Part shown: piece after piece, positions 9,901-18,213 of the stretch | Layout: every line of letters begins with the position of its first letter | Numbering within the stretch: the stretch's first letter is position 1 | DNA from: Candidatus Nomurabacteria bacterium | GTDB lineage: Bacteria > Patescibacteriota > Minisyncoccia > Phycocordibacterales > UBA918 | Length of the DNA stretch: 64,000 nucleotides | Direction of reading: 5' to 3' | Assembly (NCBI GenBank): GCA_023898525.1 | Contig: CP060227.1 | Coordinates: 893,932-957,931 of the forward strand | Position numbers and translations under genes: made by a program | The notes under the pieces: model-generated | Told to the model about the DNA's origin: nothing | The model's input: only the letters and a program-made list of their open reading frames with translations | Database searches by the model: none

Positions 9901-10033
9901 CTGGTGTCTCTTCGGTATTAGCTAGCACCACTAAAGGTGAGTATATCTGTAGTATTAAAGCAAATATTATCGCCGAAGATGTTAGGTTAGTTAAGATTCT
10001 GCTTAATCTATTGTTTAGTCTGAAGTTTTTCAT
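6950..10033 (-). CDS. Giant secreted/cell-surface repeat protein with a C-terminal peptidoglycan-binding (PG_binding_1-like) domain
   Basis: N-terminal signal/TM segment; long S/T/E-rich low-complexity region; at least four copies of a ~60-aa motif (TGDA..N.VN.ANTN.I.S). The C-terminus has LQQFLKS..GVFDDATRVAVAEFQ, typical of PG-binding domains. Confidence 0.55.
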   Translation of the reverse strand: MKNFRLNNRLSRILTNLTSSAIIFALILQIYSPLVVLANTEETPEPAPVAEEQTSTPVDETQIDTGDAVSGLKLESEINTNVVEANTEEEPSDQEDTMDETDTIIDVAEDTETASTTDSTDSEEKTNENATSSVDINTSTTLAATTTENTTEEGGEEVHQNATSTDQVEIPATPTASTTSTSSDPVIEDPEDTDTDETVVEVDLTNSATSSNTATSSANTGGNTTESGNFEINTGDAVSYVDLVNVVNTNIINSTGLIDFIRNVLGYQNFDLRSNFYDIFKSFKTAESSPSCAYDICDPASLLVDIMNDVNINNNIDVIANTGGNSSSGDNGSIDTGTAYASANIVNLANTNIIDSNYLLLTFDNFADLAGSLVLPNSDFFTSLFANNTGGASSYEISNTASVTNDVTTIANTGDNTTSSTEEASITTGNAQAISHTDNLINQNLLNTNSFSMLIRVHGTWSGEIFGLPEGMQWENTGEGIRLYYAPNSQPGAASSAGKITNNATIANNVHVYALTGDNQINDSETGTIETGDAYANSTIVNVANTNVIGSNWANLIFNIYGNWSGNLAFGQPDLWLGLEANTGYRSQVKPGSQIDYKYTIFNGGDTVARNVIVENKFPLNSLYFTDSPVDADDIDNQTHWAIGDIEPGETREFTVHTRTHETFGLNDRLPLPLSSRVYGDQPDANDTDNEDSLLLYVGEKQKQHEGPSKTFAAKFSVAKSADKAFVAPGDTVNYTVKLHSLGGPLFDSLLVDVLRDEEGNVLSEQSWPLDTIKNGEEITIDYSIIIPEGATGVFTNTAQLIGVHGTKQPKYRTLYESTPVEHKLMIGSLAEAELLGLNTTVSTCDPYITTYLRQNKVNNTEEVIKLQQFLKSHISDNVLITGVFDDATRVAVAEFQQQYKEDILIPWGMTRSSGYVYITTQKTINEIMCGNITKFPLTPDQQQEIDFFRINKNQIDVTDWLFSGPVSTPEEDLAEQNPVNESIATKVYPTSILNLTLPPIEQAAVYDRYGNWLRLFNQSHTAYLDY

Positions 10034-10358
10034 AGTAAGACATGAGGGTTTGCAGCTTTGCGAGCAAGTCTAATAATCGGTTTAATTCGGTAAGTTTGTC
10101 ATTAATACTGGTGTCCACTTTGGTATGACTAAGTCCATCTTCTGAACTATAGCTTGATTTATATTGATACGGTGTAGTACTGGATATAGTCGTATCCTCC
10201 ACTACTTCACCGTTACTGATTGTTCTTACGTGAGTAGTACTAACTCCATTTGAAGCTGACACAGACACAGAATTACTAATAAACGTATCAGCCGATACTG
10301 AAATCGGGAAAAACACCACTAAAGATAATATTCCACCAATAATCTTCATAATAGACAT
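10008..10358 (-). CDS. Small secreted hypothetical protein
   Basis: Signal peptide (MSIMKIIGGILSLVVFFPISVSA) then an S/T-rich sequence and a C-terminal coiled segment. Confidence 0.35.
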   Translation of the reverse strand: MSIMKIIGGILSLVVFFPISVSADTFISNSVSVSASNGVSTTHVRTISNGEVVEDTTISSTTPYQYKSSYSSEDGLSHTKVDTSINDKLTELNRLLDLLAKLQTLMSYYEKLQTKQ

Positions 10359-10476
10359 AACTTATACCTCTCACCAAAATCTTGTCAACCTTGACCAGAT
10401 CTTGGTAGAAGTAGGGTCTTTGACCCATCTTCTACGGATAAAGAAAATTTATCCTACCAGTTTATTTTCGCTGAAT

Positions 10477-11199
10477 TTAGCGAGCTACACGTGTTACGTT
10501 ACGGTTTACAACGTTGATAACTAGACCATCTGCTACAGAAGGACCAGTCATGATGTCTCCACCATTGTTTGAAGCACCAGAGTTTCCACCATTTCCTGCG
10601 TTAGCTGCACCACCCTTGTGCATGTGCTTGAACCACATTGCGCGAGTGTATGAAGTAGCGTCACCACCGTTTCCGGCTGCACCTGAAGTACCACCAGCGA
10701 TCATGTTGTCACCAGTGTTGGCGTCTACACCAAGACCGTTAAGAAGAGTAGCGTTGTTTCCGCTCCAAACTGTGATGTCAGAACCACCTTTGCGGTTTTC
10801 ACAACCACAATCTGTAGTAACTACTGTTCGGTTGCTGTTTACAGTGTTGTCAACAGTTCCGATAGCTCCAGCGGCACCAGTGAAGATAGAGCCACCGTTG
10901 TTAGACTCGCCAGTATCACCACCATTGCCTCCGTTTGCTCGGTTGCCAGTAGCGTCACCACCGTTTCCAGCACGTCCGGTGTTTCCTCCAAGAATACCGT
11001 TGTACCCAGTGTTGGCACCAACCATAACTTCATTAACAACCGTAGCATTGTTCTCGCTACTTACGCTAATATCGTTGCTTGATGGCATATGATGATTGTA
11101 GTAAGCAGCTGCCGGATTTGTAAGTGCAAGCATTCCAAGAGTAACAATGCTTCCAACAATAAGCATTGATCTTGTGCTGTTATAAGTTGAGTGTGTCAT
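10477..11199 (-). CDS. Secreted Gly/Asn-rich repeat protein
   Basis: N-terminal signal/TM then degenerate GNGGDATG / ANTGDN repeats that share motifs with the giant neighbour. Confidence 0.4.
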   Translation of the reverse strand: MTHSTYNSTRSMLIVGSIVTLGMLALTNPAAAYYNHHMPSSNDISVSSENNATVVNEVMVGANTGYNGILGGNTGRAGNGGDATGNRANGGNGGDTGESNNGGSIFTGAAGAIGTVDNTVNSNRTVVTTDCGCENRKGGSDITVWSGNNATLLNGLGVDANTGDNMIAGGTSGAAGNGGDATSYTRAMWFKHMHKGGAANAGNGGNSGASNNGGDIMTGPSVADGLVINVVNRNVTRVAR

Positions 11200-11684
11200 A
11201 AATAAATTTATTTATTAATCTAGATAATAATTTTGTGAGTCACTTTTCTATATAGATCTATTACTGGTTGAATAAATTTATATATAAGAATAACTCGTGA
11301 ACAGGTACCAGGTACTGTCCACATAGAGATCTAAGTTTTGTTTACGGCACTCAGGCCTTTATGTGGAAAGGTCTTTAGTGAATTTACGGGTACAAAAAAA
11401 CTTGCACGACAAGGCAAGTTGAAAAAATAAATATTAATGAATATGGGTGTACTGTTTGTTCACGTAAAGACATACCGGTTTCGTGTACAAAACTGTCCCC
11501 CTCAGAATGTAACGTTACATAATTTTATACCCACCACCCCCGCTGTCAATTTTTATCTGTTCCTTTTTAGTAGTGCAGAACAGAGTTTTTTATTTGTCAA
11601 AGGATGTTAAAATAGAATTAATCACGGATTAAAAAAGCATAGTCTCAACAACGATTTAATTTGAGATAGTTTTAAATAGACAAA

Positions 11685-11763
11685 AGCAAATTCCCGTAAA
11701 GGGCAGGCGTACGGGGGAATTGACCAAAGGTCAAAAGTACACCAGCCCTTTACGGGAATTTGC
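11685..11763. repeat. Large imperfect-free inverted repeat (20-bp arms, ~39-nt structured spacer); candidate structured RNA or regulatory element
   Basis: agcaaattcccgtaaagggc ... gccctttacgggaatttgct; the spacer contains nested hairpins (ttgacc aaa ggtcaa). Confidence 0.5.
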
Positions 11764-11880
11764 TATAAAAAAGCAGGACCAATTAAGTCCTGAAACTGTG
11801 TGCTTTTATATAATGAAATGAAGAATAATGCAAATGTTATTCACGGCATCTATGCTAATTAAAATCAACCAAAACAAAGA

Positions 11881-11951
11881 AAATAACCAAGGGTAGACCT
11901 TAAAGAGGAGTGCCTAGCGACGGGGAAAGGTCTACCTTTGGTTATTTTCTA
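11881..11951. terminator. Hairpin with 22-bp perfect arms immediately downstream of the tsaD stop
   Basis: aaataaccaagggtagaccttt ... aaaggtctacctttggttattt. Confidence 0.6.
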
Positions 11952-11984
11952 GACAAATCTAGCGTATGCCTGTTCAAAGATTTT

Positions 11985-13154
11985 CTAAGACAAAGATAGA
12001 TTACCGTCTGCTTTTGCTTCTTTAGAAAAATCTTCTGGAGAAAGGGCGGATTTTTCTCTAGCGTGGCCGGAGAGAGCGATCATAATACTATTATCGGTGG
12101 ATAGGGCTGGGTCTGGTAGGTAAATGTTTAGTTCAGAAAAGTCTGTTTTTTTCTTTAAGTCTGTTATGGCTTGGCGAAGATGTTGGTTGGCAGATACACC
12201 TCCACCGACAATCAAGGACTTAACGGAATATTTTTCTATCGCTTGGGTTACTTTTTTTATCAGTACTTCTATTACCGCATCCTCAAAATCCCTGGCTAAA
12301 GCTTTCTTATTATCGTCTGTTAGTTCTCTGTCCTTAGTAGCGTAAAGTACAGCGGTCTTTAGACCAGAAAAAGAAAAATCCAAATCACCAGAATGAAGCA
12401 TCGGTCTTGGTAGGTCGGTAAACGGTGGTAGTTGTTCCTTGTGGGCTTCTTCGGCTAAACGACTGATGATCGGTCCGCCTGGGTAATCTAGTCCGAGTAG
12501 GCGAGCGACTTTGTCAAAAGCTTCACCGACCGCATCATCTCGAGTCTGCCCGATTTTTTCGTATTGACCCCAGTCTTGCATAAGGACGAGTTCGGTGTGT
12601 CCTCCTGACACTAGAAGAGATAGGCTAGGGAAGGTTAAAGGAGCTATTTTGTGTCCATCAAAAACTGAAGCTAAGATGTGTCCCTCCATATGGTCGACTG
12701 GTACCACAGGTGTATTCCATATATAAGCTAGAGCTTTAGCAAAATTAATACCAACCCAAAGTGCAGGCTCAAGTCCTGGGCCAGTCGTGACCGCGATAAG
12801 ATCAATTGGTGGTCGACCGTAAGAATTATAAAAGGTGATTACTTGGTCGGCTAAGCCATGTTCGCGCGAGAGTAAAGTATGGATGTGGTCTTTTTGATCT
12901 TCAGTTAAAGCGGGAGAAAAATTACTTTCAAGCTTAGCCTCCTTTAAGGCCTTCTCTAACATTGGTAACACGGTAGCGATGTGCTCGCGCTTAGCGAGGG
13001 CAGGGAAGACACCACCGTACTCACGGTGGGTGTCTATTTGGGAAAAGAGGGCATCGCCTAAAACTTCGTATTTAGAATTAGGAAAATCACCAACCGCTTC
13101 GATAATACTGACAGCGGTTTCATCACAGCTGGTTTCGATGGATAGGATTAGCAT
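11985..13154 (-). CDS. tsaD: tRNA N6-adenosine threonylcarbamoyltransferase TsaD (Kae1/Gcp family)
   Basis: MLILSIETSCDETAVSII N-terminus, metal-binding His region (HMEGHIL) and GGVSAN motif; longer than typical (389 aa) because of internal insertions. Confidence 0.85.
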   Translation of the reverse strand: MLILSIETSCDETAVSIIEAVGDFPNSKYEVLGDALFSQIDTHREYGGVFPALAKREHIATVLPMLEKALKEAKLESNFSPALTEDQKDHIHTLLSREHGLADQVITFYNSYGRPPIDLIAVTTGPGLEPALWVGINFAKALAYIWNTPVVPVDHMEGHILASVFDGHKIAPLTFPSLSLLVSGGHTELVLMQDWGQYEKIGQTRDDAVGEAFDKVARLLGLDYPGGPIISRLAEEAHKEQLPPFTDLPRPMLHSGDLDFSFSGLKTAVLYATKDRELTDDNKKALARDFEDAVIEVLIKKVTQAIEKYSVKSLIVGGGVSANQHLRQAITDLKKKTDFSELNIYLPDPALSTDNSIMIALSGHAREKSALSPEDFSKEAKADGNLSLS

Positions 13155-13311
13155 GAAGGTGTCCGATACAGGACTTGAACATTACATGTTCAGTACAGGT
13201 TGTCGATATTTTGGTCCAGGTATTCCCAAAATATCTGACTAACCTTTTCAAGTCCTGGGGCCAAAAGTAAAACTTTTCCTGGTAAAAAACCAGGAAATCT
13301 TTCACTTTGTG

Positions 13312-13384
13312 TCCGATACAGGACTTGAACCTGTGACCTCTACAATGTCAATGTAGCGCTCTACCAGCTGAGCTAACCGGACTT
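13312..13384 (-). tRNA. tRNA-Val (anticodon GAC)
   Basis: Reverse complement GTCCGGTTAGCTCAGCTGGTAGAGCGCTACATTGACATTGTAGAGGTCACAGGTTCAAGTCCTGTATCGGACA forms a cloverleaf with anticodon loop TTGACAT. Confidence 0.85.
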
Positions 13385-13468
13385 ATGTTGGAGATGAGTA
13401 TAACTTATTTGTGTTTATTTTAAAATAGTAAAGGCACCCTGTTGGGCGCCTTGTGGTTTTTGTTTTGT

Positions 13469-13678
13469 TTATTTTGGTATTCCTACGAAATATGTAGTAT
13501 CTTTATGTTCTATTGTTTTTATAGGAATCAAATCTGTTTCTGTTTTGGAAACTCTGATTTTTACATTATTCTCTGGTCCATTTAAATTAAAGTCCAAAAA
13601 AGTTACTTCATTAAAGTTACCCGCTTCTATAGAAGTAGTAATTCTGCTTTCCAGTTCTGTTGTTATGGTTATATGCAT
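13469..13678 (-). CDS. Hypothetical protein
   Basis: 69-aa ORF only. Confidence 0.2.
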   Translation of the reverse strand: MHITITTELESRITTSIEAGNFNEVTFLDFNLNGPENNVKIRVSKTETDLIPIKTIEHKDTTYFVGIPK

Positions 13679-13739
13679 TTCTATATCCTATTAAATCTCT
13701 CGCCAATGTAACACAGATATTTGATTTTGTAAAATAAGA

Positions 13740-14441
13740 TTATTTATTTTTTTCAAAATATTCAACAAATTTCTCGTAAGTCTCGTCATACAGTCTCCAG
13801 TCTTCATCAATTAGCTTCTCTTTTTCTTCGTCGTTTATACGAGACAAGTCTTTAGCTCTACCGTAATCGATTACTCTAGGTTCCCCAGTTTCTTTGTCTA
13901 TCATAATATTGCGTGCATATAAATCTGTATGAGCTATTTGATCAGTGGTGTGCATATGATCCAAAAAATCAGCTAAGTCGGAGAAAAAAGAATTAAGCGA
14001 AAAATTATCAGGAAGAGATTCTCTTCCGTTTATTACATGCTGCATGTTAACAGCACTTAATTCTTCCATTACTATGGCGTTTTTTTCTTCTCGTGATTCT
14101 GCAACAAAAACACTAAAAACGTAAGGTGATCTAGTCAATCCGTCATATTTAGTTCGTGACATTTTGTTTTGAAGATCAGACTCTTCTTTTGGTTCGTTAC
14201 CTAAGTCAAAAAGGTGTCTTTGTGGATGGTTATGCCTCTCGTCTAGTATTTTAATGCATAACCCGCCAGGAAGATGGTAGAGTTTCCCAACCCCGCCTTC
14301 ATCGATATAAAAGCGCTCTTGTTCATAAGATAATATTCTCTTTATACCTTCTTTTACAGCTTCAGCTGTTTCAGGATCAAGAGATTCCACTTTCTCTTTT
14401 AAATTAGGTTCAGCTGTGATAGATAAGTTTTCAAAACTCAT
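13740..14441 (-). CDS. Protein kinase-like / aminoglycoside-phosphotransferase-fold protein
   Basis: Catalytic-loop-like HTDLYARNIMID followed by IDYG (DFG-equivalent), consistent with an APH/eukaryotic-like kinase fold. Confidence 0.45.
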   Translation of the reverse strand: MSFENLSITAEPNLKEKVESLDPETAEAVKEGIKRILSYEQERFYIDEGGVGKLYHLPGGLCIKILDERHNHPQRHLFDLGNEPKEESDLQNKMSRTKYDGLTRSPYVFSVFVAESREEKNAIVMEELSAVNMQHVINGRESLPDNFSLNSFFSDLADFLDHMHTTDQIAHTDLYARNIMIDKETGEPRVIDYGRAKDLSRINDEEKEKLIDEDWRLYDETYEKFVEYFEKNK

Positions 14442-14479
14442 ATTGTTTACATATTATCATTTACCGTTACTATAATAAA

Positions 14480-15052
14480 GTGATGACAATTCTCTATCCC
14501 ACCGAAACCCTGTACGCCCTTGGGGTTAATGCTTTTGATCCGGCGGCTTTGGCGGCTTTGTATGAGATTAAGGAGAGGGAGGAGGGTAAAGCGGTGAGTG
14601 TGTTGGTGCGAAGTGTGGAGGACGTGGAGCGGTTTGCGCATATGCCGCCAAAAGCGAAGCTTTTGGCGGCTAAGTTCTTGCCTGGTCCGTTGACTTTGGT
14701 CCTTAAGGCGCGGGACGAAGTCCCGCGCCACCTCCTGGCTCCTGATGGTACTCTAGGTTTTCGTGTTTCTTCTGATGAGGTAGCAAAGCAAGTGATTAAT
14801 GATTTTATGAGTAAGTATGATGCTCCACTTACTTGCACCAGTGCCAATGTTAGCGGTTTTCCGACCTTGTCTACACCAAAAGAAATTTTAGAGCAATTAG
14901 GTGATAAGGCAGATTTGATTGATGAGATACATGATGGGGGCCCGCGAGTGGGAGCTGGCTCAACAGTGATCCGAGTGCTTGATGATAAAGTAGAAATTTT
15001 ACGCCTCGGGGCTGTTCCAGAGTCTGCTATAAAATCAGTCTTGCGGCAATAA
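14480..15052 (+). CDS. tsaC: L-threonylcarbamoyladenylate synthase (TsaC/YrdC domain)
   Basis: YrdC-type signatures PTETLYALG, LPGPLTLVLKAR, TSANVSG..P. Confidence 0.8.
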   Translation: MMTILYPTETLYALGVNAFDPAALAALYEIKEREEGKAVSVLVRSVEDVERFAHMPPKAKLLAAKFLPGPLTLVLKARDEVPRHLLAPDGTLGFRVSSDEVAKQVINDFMSKYDAPLTCTSANVSGFPTLSTPKEILEQLGDKADLIDEIHDGGPRVGAGSTVIRVLDDKVEILRLGAVPESAIKSVLRQ

Positions 15053-15264
15053 TGTTGGGGCTAAAGACCGGTTTCCAAAAGCGGTGAATTACTGATTTAT
15101 TGTAGAAAATAATATGCTAGCATTAATACATAGTTTTTATTCAAACTAATAATATTTATATAATTTCAATATGGATAAAATTTCGTTTAAAACAGCAGTT
15201 GTTGGTTTTGTAGTTTTAGCGTTTGTTTTTACTCTTGGTTACTACTGGGGTACGATAAACTAGA

Positions 15265-15321
15265 TTTAAAAAATATAAAAACAGCCGCCCTATTTTGGCG
15301 GCTGTTTTTATATTTTTTAAA
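15265..15321. terminator. Bidirectional terminator, a perfect palindrome with 25-bp arms
   Basis: tttaaaaaatataaaaacagccgcc-ctattttg-ggcggctgtttttatattttttaaa; it overlaps the stop codon of the downstream minus-strand gene. Confidence 0.7.
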
Positions 15322-15868
15322 TCTGCACAGTAAAGGGGATGCGGGTAAATTCTCTGGTATTCATGTTGGTGGTTCCAACTAATACAGAGATATAGGGAAT
15401 TAATTCAGGAACCTGTTCTTTTATTGTTTCGAGTGAAAACTCTGCTAATGATATAGCCTTTTCTGCAGCTAAGCGACTTTCCATACCAACGTTATCACGA
15501 TAAGCAGCTGAAGTCATAAGGAGAACGCCGTCTTTAGCTTCAATCCTGCCTAGTTTTATATTATCTAATAGTATACCAGCCGCTTTTTCAATTGGGTCTT
15601 TCAGATTGTAGCTATATGGTCCAATGATTAGGGCTTTGTTGTGAAAATGCAGCCAATCAAAACCTCTTCCGACGGCTAATACAAATTCTTTGTGATTTAT
15701 TTCAGTGATGGGCCTACTTTGTTCGCGGATTTCTTTTATGTGTTTGGCGTTACCAGCTAGAAGTGGTAAAAGATCACTGACTATTTCTGGTGACATATCT
15801 GGGAATAGGGTGTTTATTCTGTTTCGAATATCATTTGAGCCAGCCTCCGTCATTTCTGACATATCCAT
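15317..15868 (-). CDS. Hypothetical protein
   Basis: 183-aa ORF; no confident family assignment. Confidence 0.35.
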   Translation of the reverse strand: MDMSEMTEAGSNDIRNRINTLFPDMSPEIVSDLLPLLAGNAKHIKEIREQSRPITEINHKEFVLAVGRGFDWLHFHNKALIIGPYSYNLKDPIEKAAGILLDNIKLGRIEAKDGVLLMTSAAYRDNVGMESRLAAEKAISLAEFSLETIKEQVPELIPYISVLVGTTNMNTREFTRIPFTVQI

Positions 15869-15904
15869 TATTTCTCCATTTTCACCATGAATGATCAGGG
15901 TATC

Positions 15905-16468
15905 TTAGTCTGTTTCAATACCAACTAATATCGGATAGACAACTGAGTGGTGTAGACCAAACACTCTTTCAAACTGTTCTTTTAACTTCTTGGTTTCACT
16001 AAGGGCCAGGTCACAGTTATAACCGAAGCCTTTACAGCCAAGATGTTCATCGCTCTTTGAGTAGTGGTAGGTGGTAAGAACGATACTTTTTTTACCCTGA
16101 GATACCGCATAATCCACCCAGTCTTTCATGACTTGTCCAAAAAAGGGCCAACCAAGATCAAATTGACCACCTAAATTACGAAACGGTTGGATGATACCGA
16201 GCGGGGTTTTGGTTATGATTGGTAAGTGTAGTCTACCGTCCATACACTTCAAGACGGCTATTTCTGTTGGGTGTTTGGCACGGTATAGTCGACGTTCCAA
16301 GACGATGTCTGGGTTAGAGAAATTATCGCTACGTTTTTTATTGTGTTCCAAAAGCAAGTTTATCAGATTTTCATTTTGCATAAGTAAATATAATATTTTT
16401 ACAACAGTATAGTATGGCATAAGGATAGATAAAATTCTATGTGTTCCTTCCTTGTTCGTTATACTCAC
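15905..16468 (-). CDS. Beta-class carbonic anhydrase-like protein (tentative)
   Basis: CxDxR motif (KCMDGRL) and HxxC motif (HLGCKG) about 60 aa apart, as in beta-CA zinc ligands. Confidence 0.35.
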   Translation of the reverse strand: MSITNKEGTHRILSILMPYYTVVKILYLLMQNENLINLLLEHNKKRSDNFSNPDIVLERRLYRAKHPTEIAVLKCMDGRLHLPIITKTPLGIIQPFRNLGGQFDLGWPFFGQVMKDWVDYAVSQGKKSIVLTTYHYSKSDEHLGCKGFGYNCDLALSETKKLKEQFERVFGLHHSVVYPILVGIETD

Positions 16469-16670
16469 TGCGGAAGCGGAGGGATTCGTCCCAGAATCAC
16501 GGCTATTTTATTTCGCTTCACTCATAAAATAAGCTCGTGTTCTTGGACGGCTGCTCGCATGTTTACTCGTTTTTAAATACTCGTAAACATAAGCTGCGCA
16601 GCTTCGAATCCCTCACGTAAGCCAAGAAGTTGGCTTACTCGCTTCCGCAGTTTCCACTACGTTACAACTG

Positions 16671-16759
16671 CGGAAGCGGAGGGATTCGAACCCTCGATGC
16701 GGGGTTGCCGCATACGCGATTTCGAGTCGCGCGCCTTCAACCAACTCAGCCACGCTTCC
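16671..16759 (-). tRNA. tRNA-Ser (anticodon CGA), class II with long variable arm
   Basis: Reverse complement GGAAGCGTGGCTGAGTTGGTTGAAGGCGCGCGACTCGAAATCGCGTATGCGGCAACCCCGCATCGAGGGTTCGAATCCCTCCGCTTCCG; anticodon loop CTCGAAA, long variable stem-loop. Confidence 0.85.
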
Positions 16760-16892
16760 TATTTAAATTAGTCAGTATAGTATCATATAATTAATATCTA
16801 TTAATTAGCAAAGGAGACCAGAGCTATTGCTAATACCGATATAATGTGATATAGTTTTTTACTGTAATTCACCTAATAATTAATTTAAAATT

Positions 16893-17852
16893 ATGTTTTC
16901 GCATACAGTTACTAACCGAATTGTTTCCCAGCTTTTAGTTGTAATTTTGATTGTAGCTTTTATTAGTATTGGTCCTTGGACCAATACCGCTAAAGCTGAG
17001 ACCGTTACCTACAGTACGCCGATGAATAATCAGCAATATTTGGCGTTTCTTTATGGTCAATTGTTGCAGTTGCAAGTGCAGTTAGCTATTCTCATTAAAC
17101 TGCAGGCTGAACAGACCGCACTTTCACCAGTAGAAAAACGTCGCTACGCTAACCCTTTTTATATGCAGGTTACTACTGATGCGGCATCAGCCGTGGGTCG
17201 AACAACTGCTGAATTGCAAGCAGAGGCCAATAAGGGTAGTTCTGGAACAGCGTTGGTTTGGTTTGAATATGGTGTTGGTAATTCGTTAAATAAAGACTCA
17301 GATAAAGTTGAGGTAAATTATAACTATACTCGCCAAACAGCTTACAAAATCAGAATTTCTGATTTAAAGCCGGATACTAGATATAGCTATAGGGCGGTGA
17401 TAGAGGATGAAGATGGGAATATTGTTTTGGGGCAGATTAGAACTTTGACGACCGTAAAGCCAGCGGCAACGCTATCTTTTATCGGGCAGCCGGTAGTGGA
17501 AAGTGAAGGAGTGGAAAAGGTAACTAGAAGCAGTGCCGATGTTAAGGTGTTTGTGAGTATGAATGATTATGATAATGGTACAGTTTTTTATGTTTATTCT
17601 AAAGACCGTTCATCATTGACTGACTTAGAGGATGACTATGATAATTATGATGATATACCAACGGCAAGGGGTGCAAATTTAATTAAACAAAAAACCAGGG
17701 GAGAGGTAAATGAACGTACTACTGTGACTGGAAAAATTTCTCGTTTGACCCAGGCTACTAAATTTTACTACCGTGCCTGTGTGGAATACGAATATCGTAG
17801 TGACTTAGTCTTTAGGTGTAGTGATATTGAGTCATTTGTTACCGCAAACTAA
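16893..17852 (+). CDS. Secreted hypothetical protein
   Basis: N-terminal signal/TM then a beta-rich sequence. Confidence 0.4.
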   Translation: MFSHTVTNRIVSQLLVVILIVAFISIGPWTNTAKAETVTYSTPMNNQQYLAFLYGQLLQLQVQLAILIKLQAEQTALSPVEKRRYANPFYMQVTTDAASAVGRTTAELQAEANKGSSGTALVWFEYGVGNSLNKDSDKVEVNYNYTRQTAYKIRISDLKPDTRYSYRAVIEDEDGNIVLGQIRTLTTVKPAATLSFIGQPVVESEGVEKVTRSSADVKVFVSMNDYDNGTVFYVYSKDRSSLTDLEDDYDNYDDIPTARGANLIKQKTRGEVNERTTVTGKISRLTQATKFYYRACVEYEYRSDLVFRCSDIESFVTAN

Positions 17853-18213
17853 GACAGAAAACTATTGACGCACTACTGATTTAATGTTATTTTTAATGAA
17901 GGACTGCTGCTGGCAAAAAAAATAAATAAAGTCCAAACATCTCCCTCCAAAAGAGATTTTAGATCTTGGTTTCCTCCCCTTGAGCCAAGGTCTTTTATTT
18001 TTTTGGCTTGAAAATTTTCGTCTAAATTTAGTTGTGGATAACTTCTGCTTGCACTATATTTTGGTTTGGTTATAATTAGGGCTGTTCCACTCGTTCATTA
18101 TTGTTTCTTTTAGAATTTTTTTTAAAAATTCCATTTATTGTAAAAAATCTGGCCCCGGGCTGGATTTTTGTTTTTTTATATACTAGTTATTTTGTTTTTG
18201 ATGAGAAATTTGT

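Noticed and set aside
9276-10073. Antisense ORFs inside the giant surface-protein genes (for example 9276-9536, 9594-10073, 21910-22350, 22369-23064, 22379-22852)
   Set aside because: They lie opposite or out of frame within long, clearly coding genes. Their low-complexity Ser/Val/Pro-rich translations are typical of antisense frames of repeat genes.
15171-15263. A 30-aa ORF (MDKISFKTAVVGFVVLAFVFTLGYYWGTIN) between tsaC and the 15265 palindrome
   Set aside because: It is plausibly a tiny membrane peptide with its own terminator, but it is too short to call without conservation or expression evidence.
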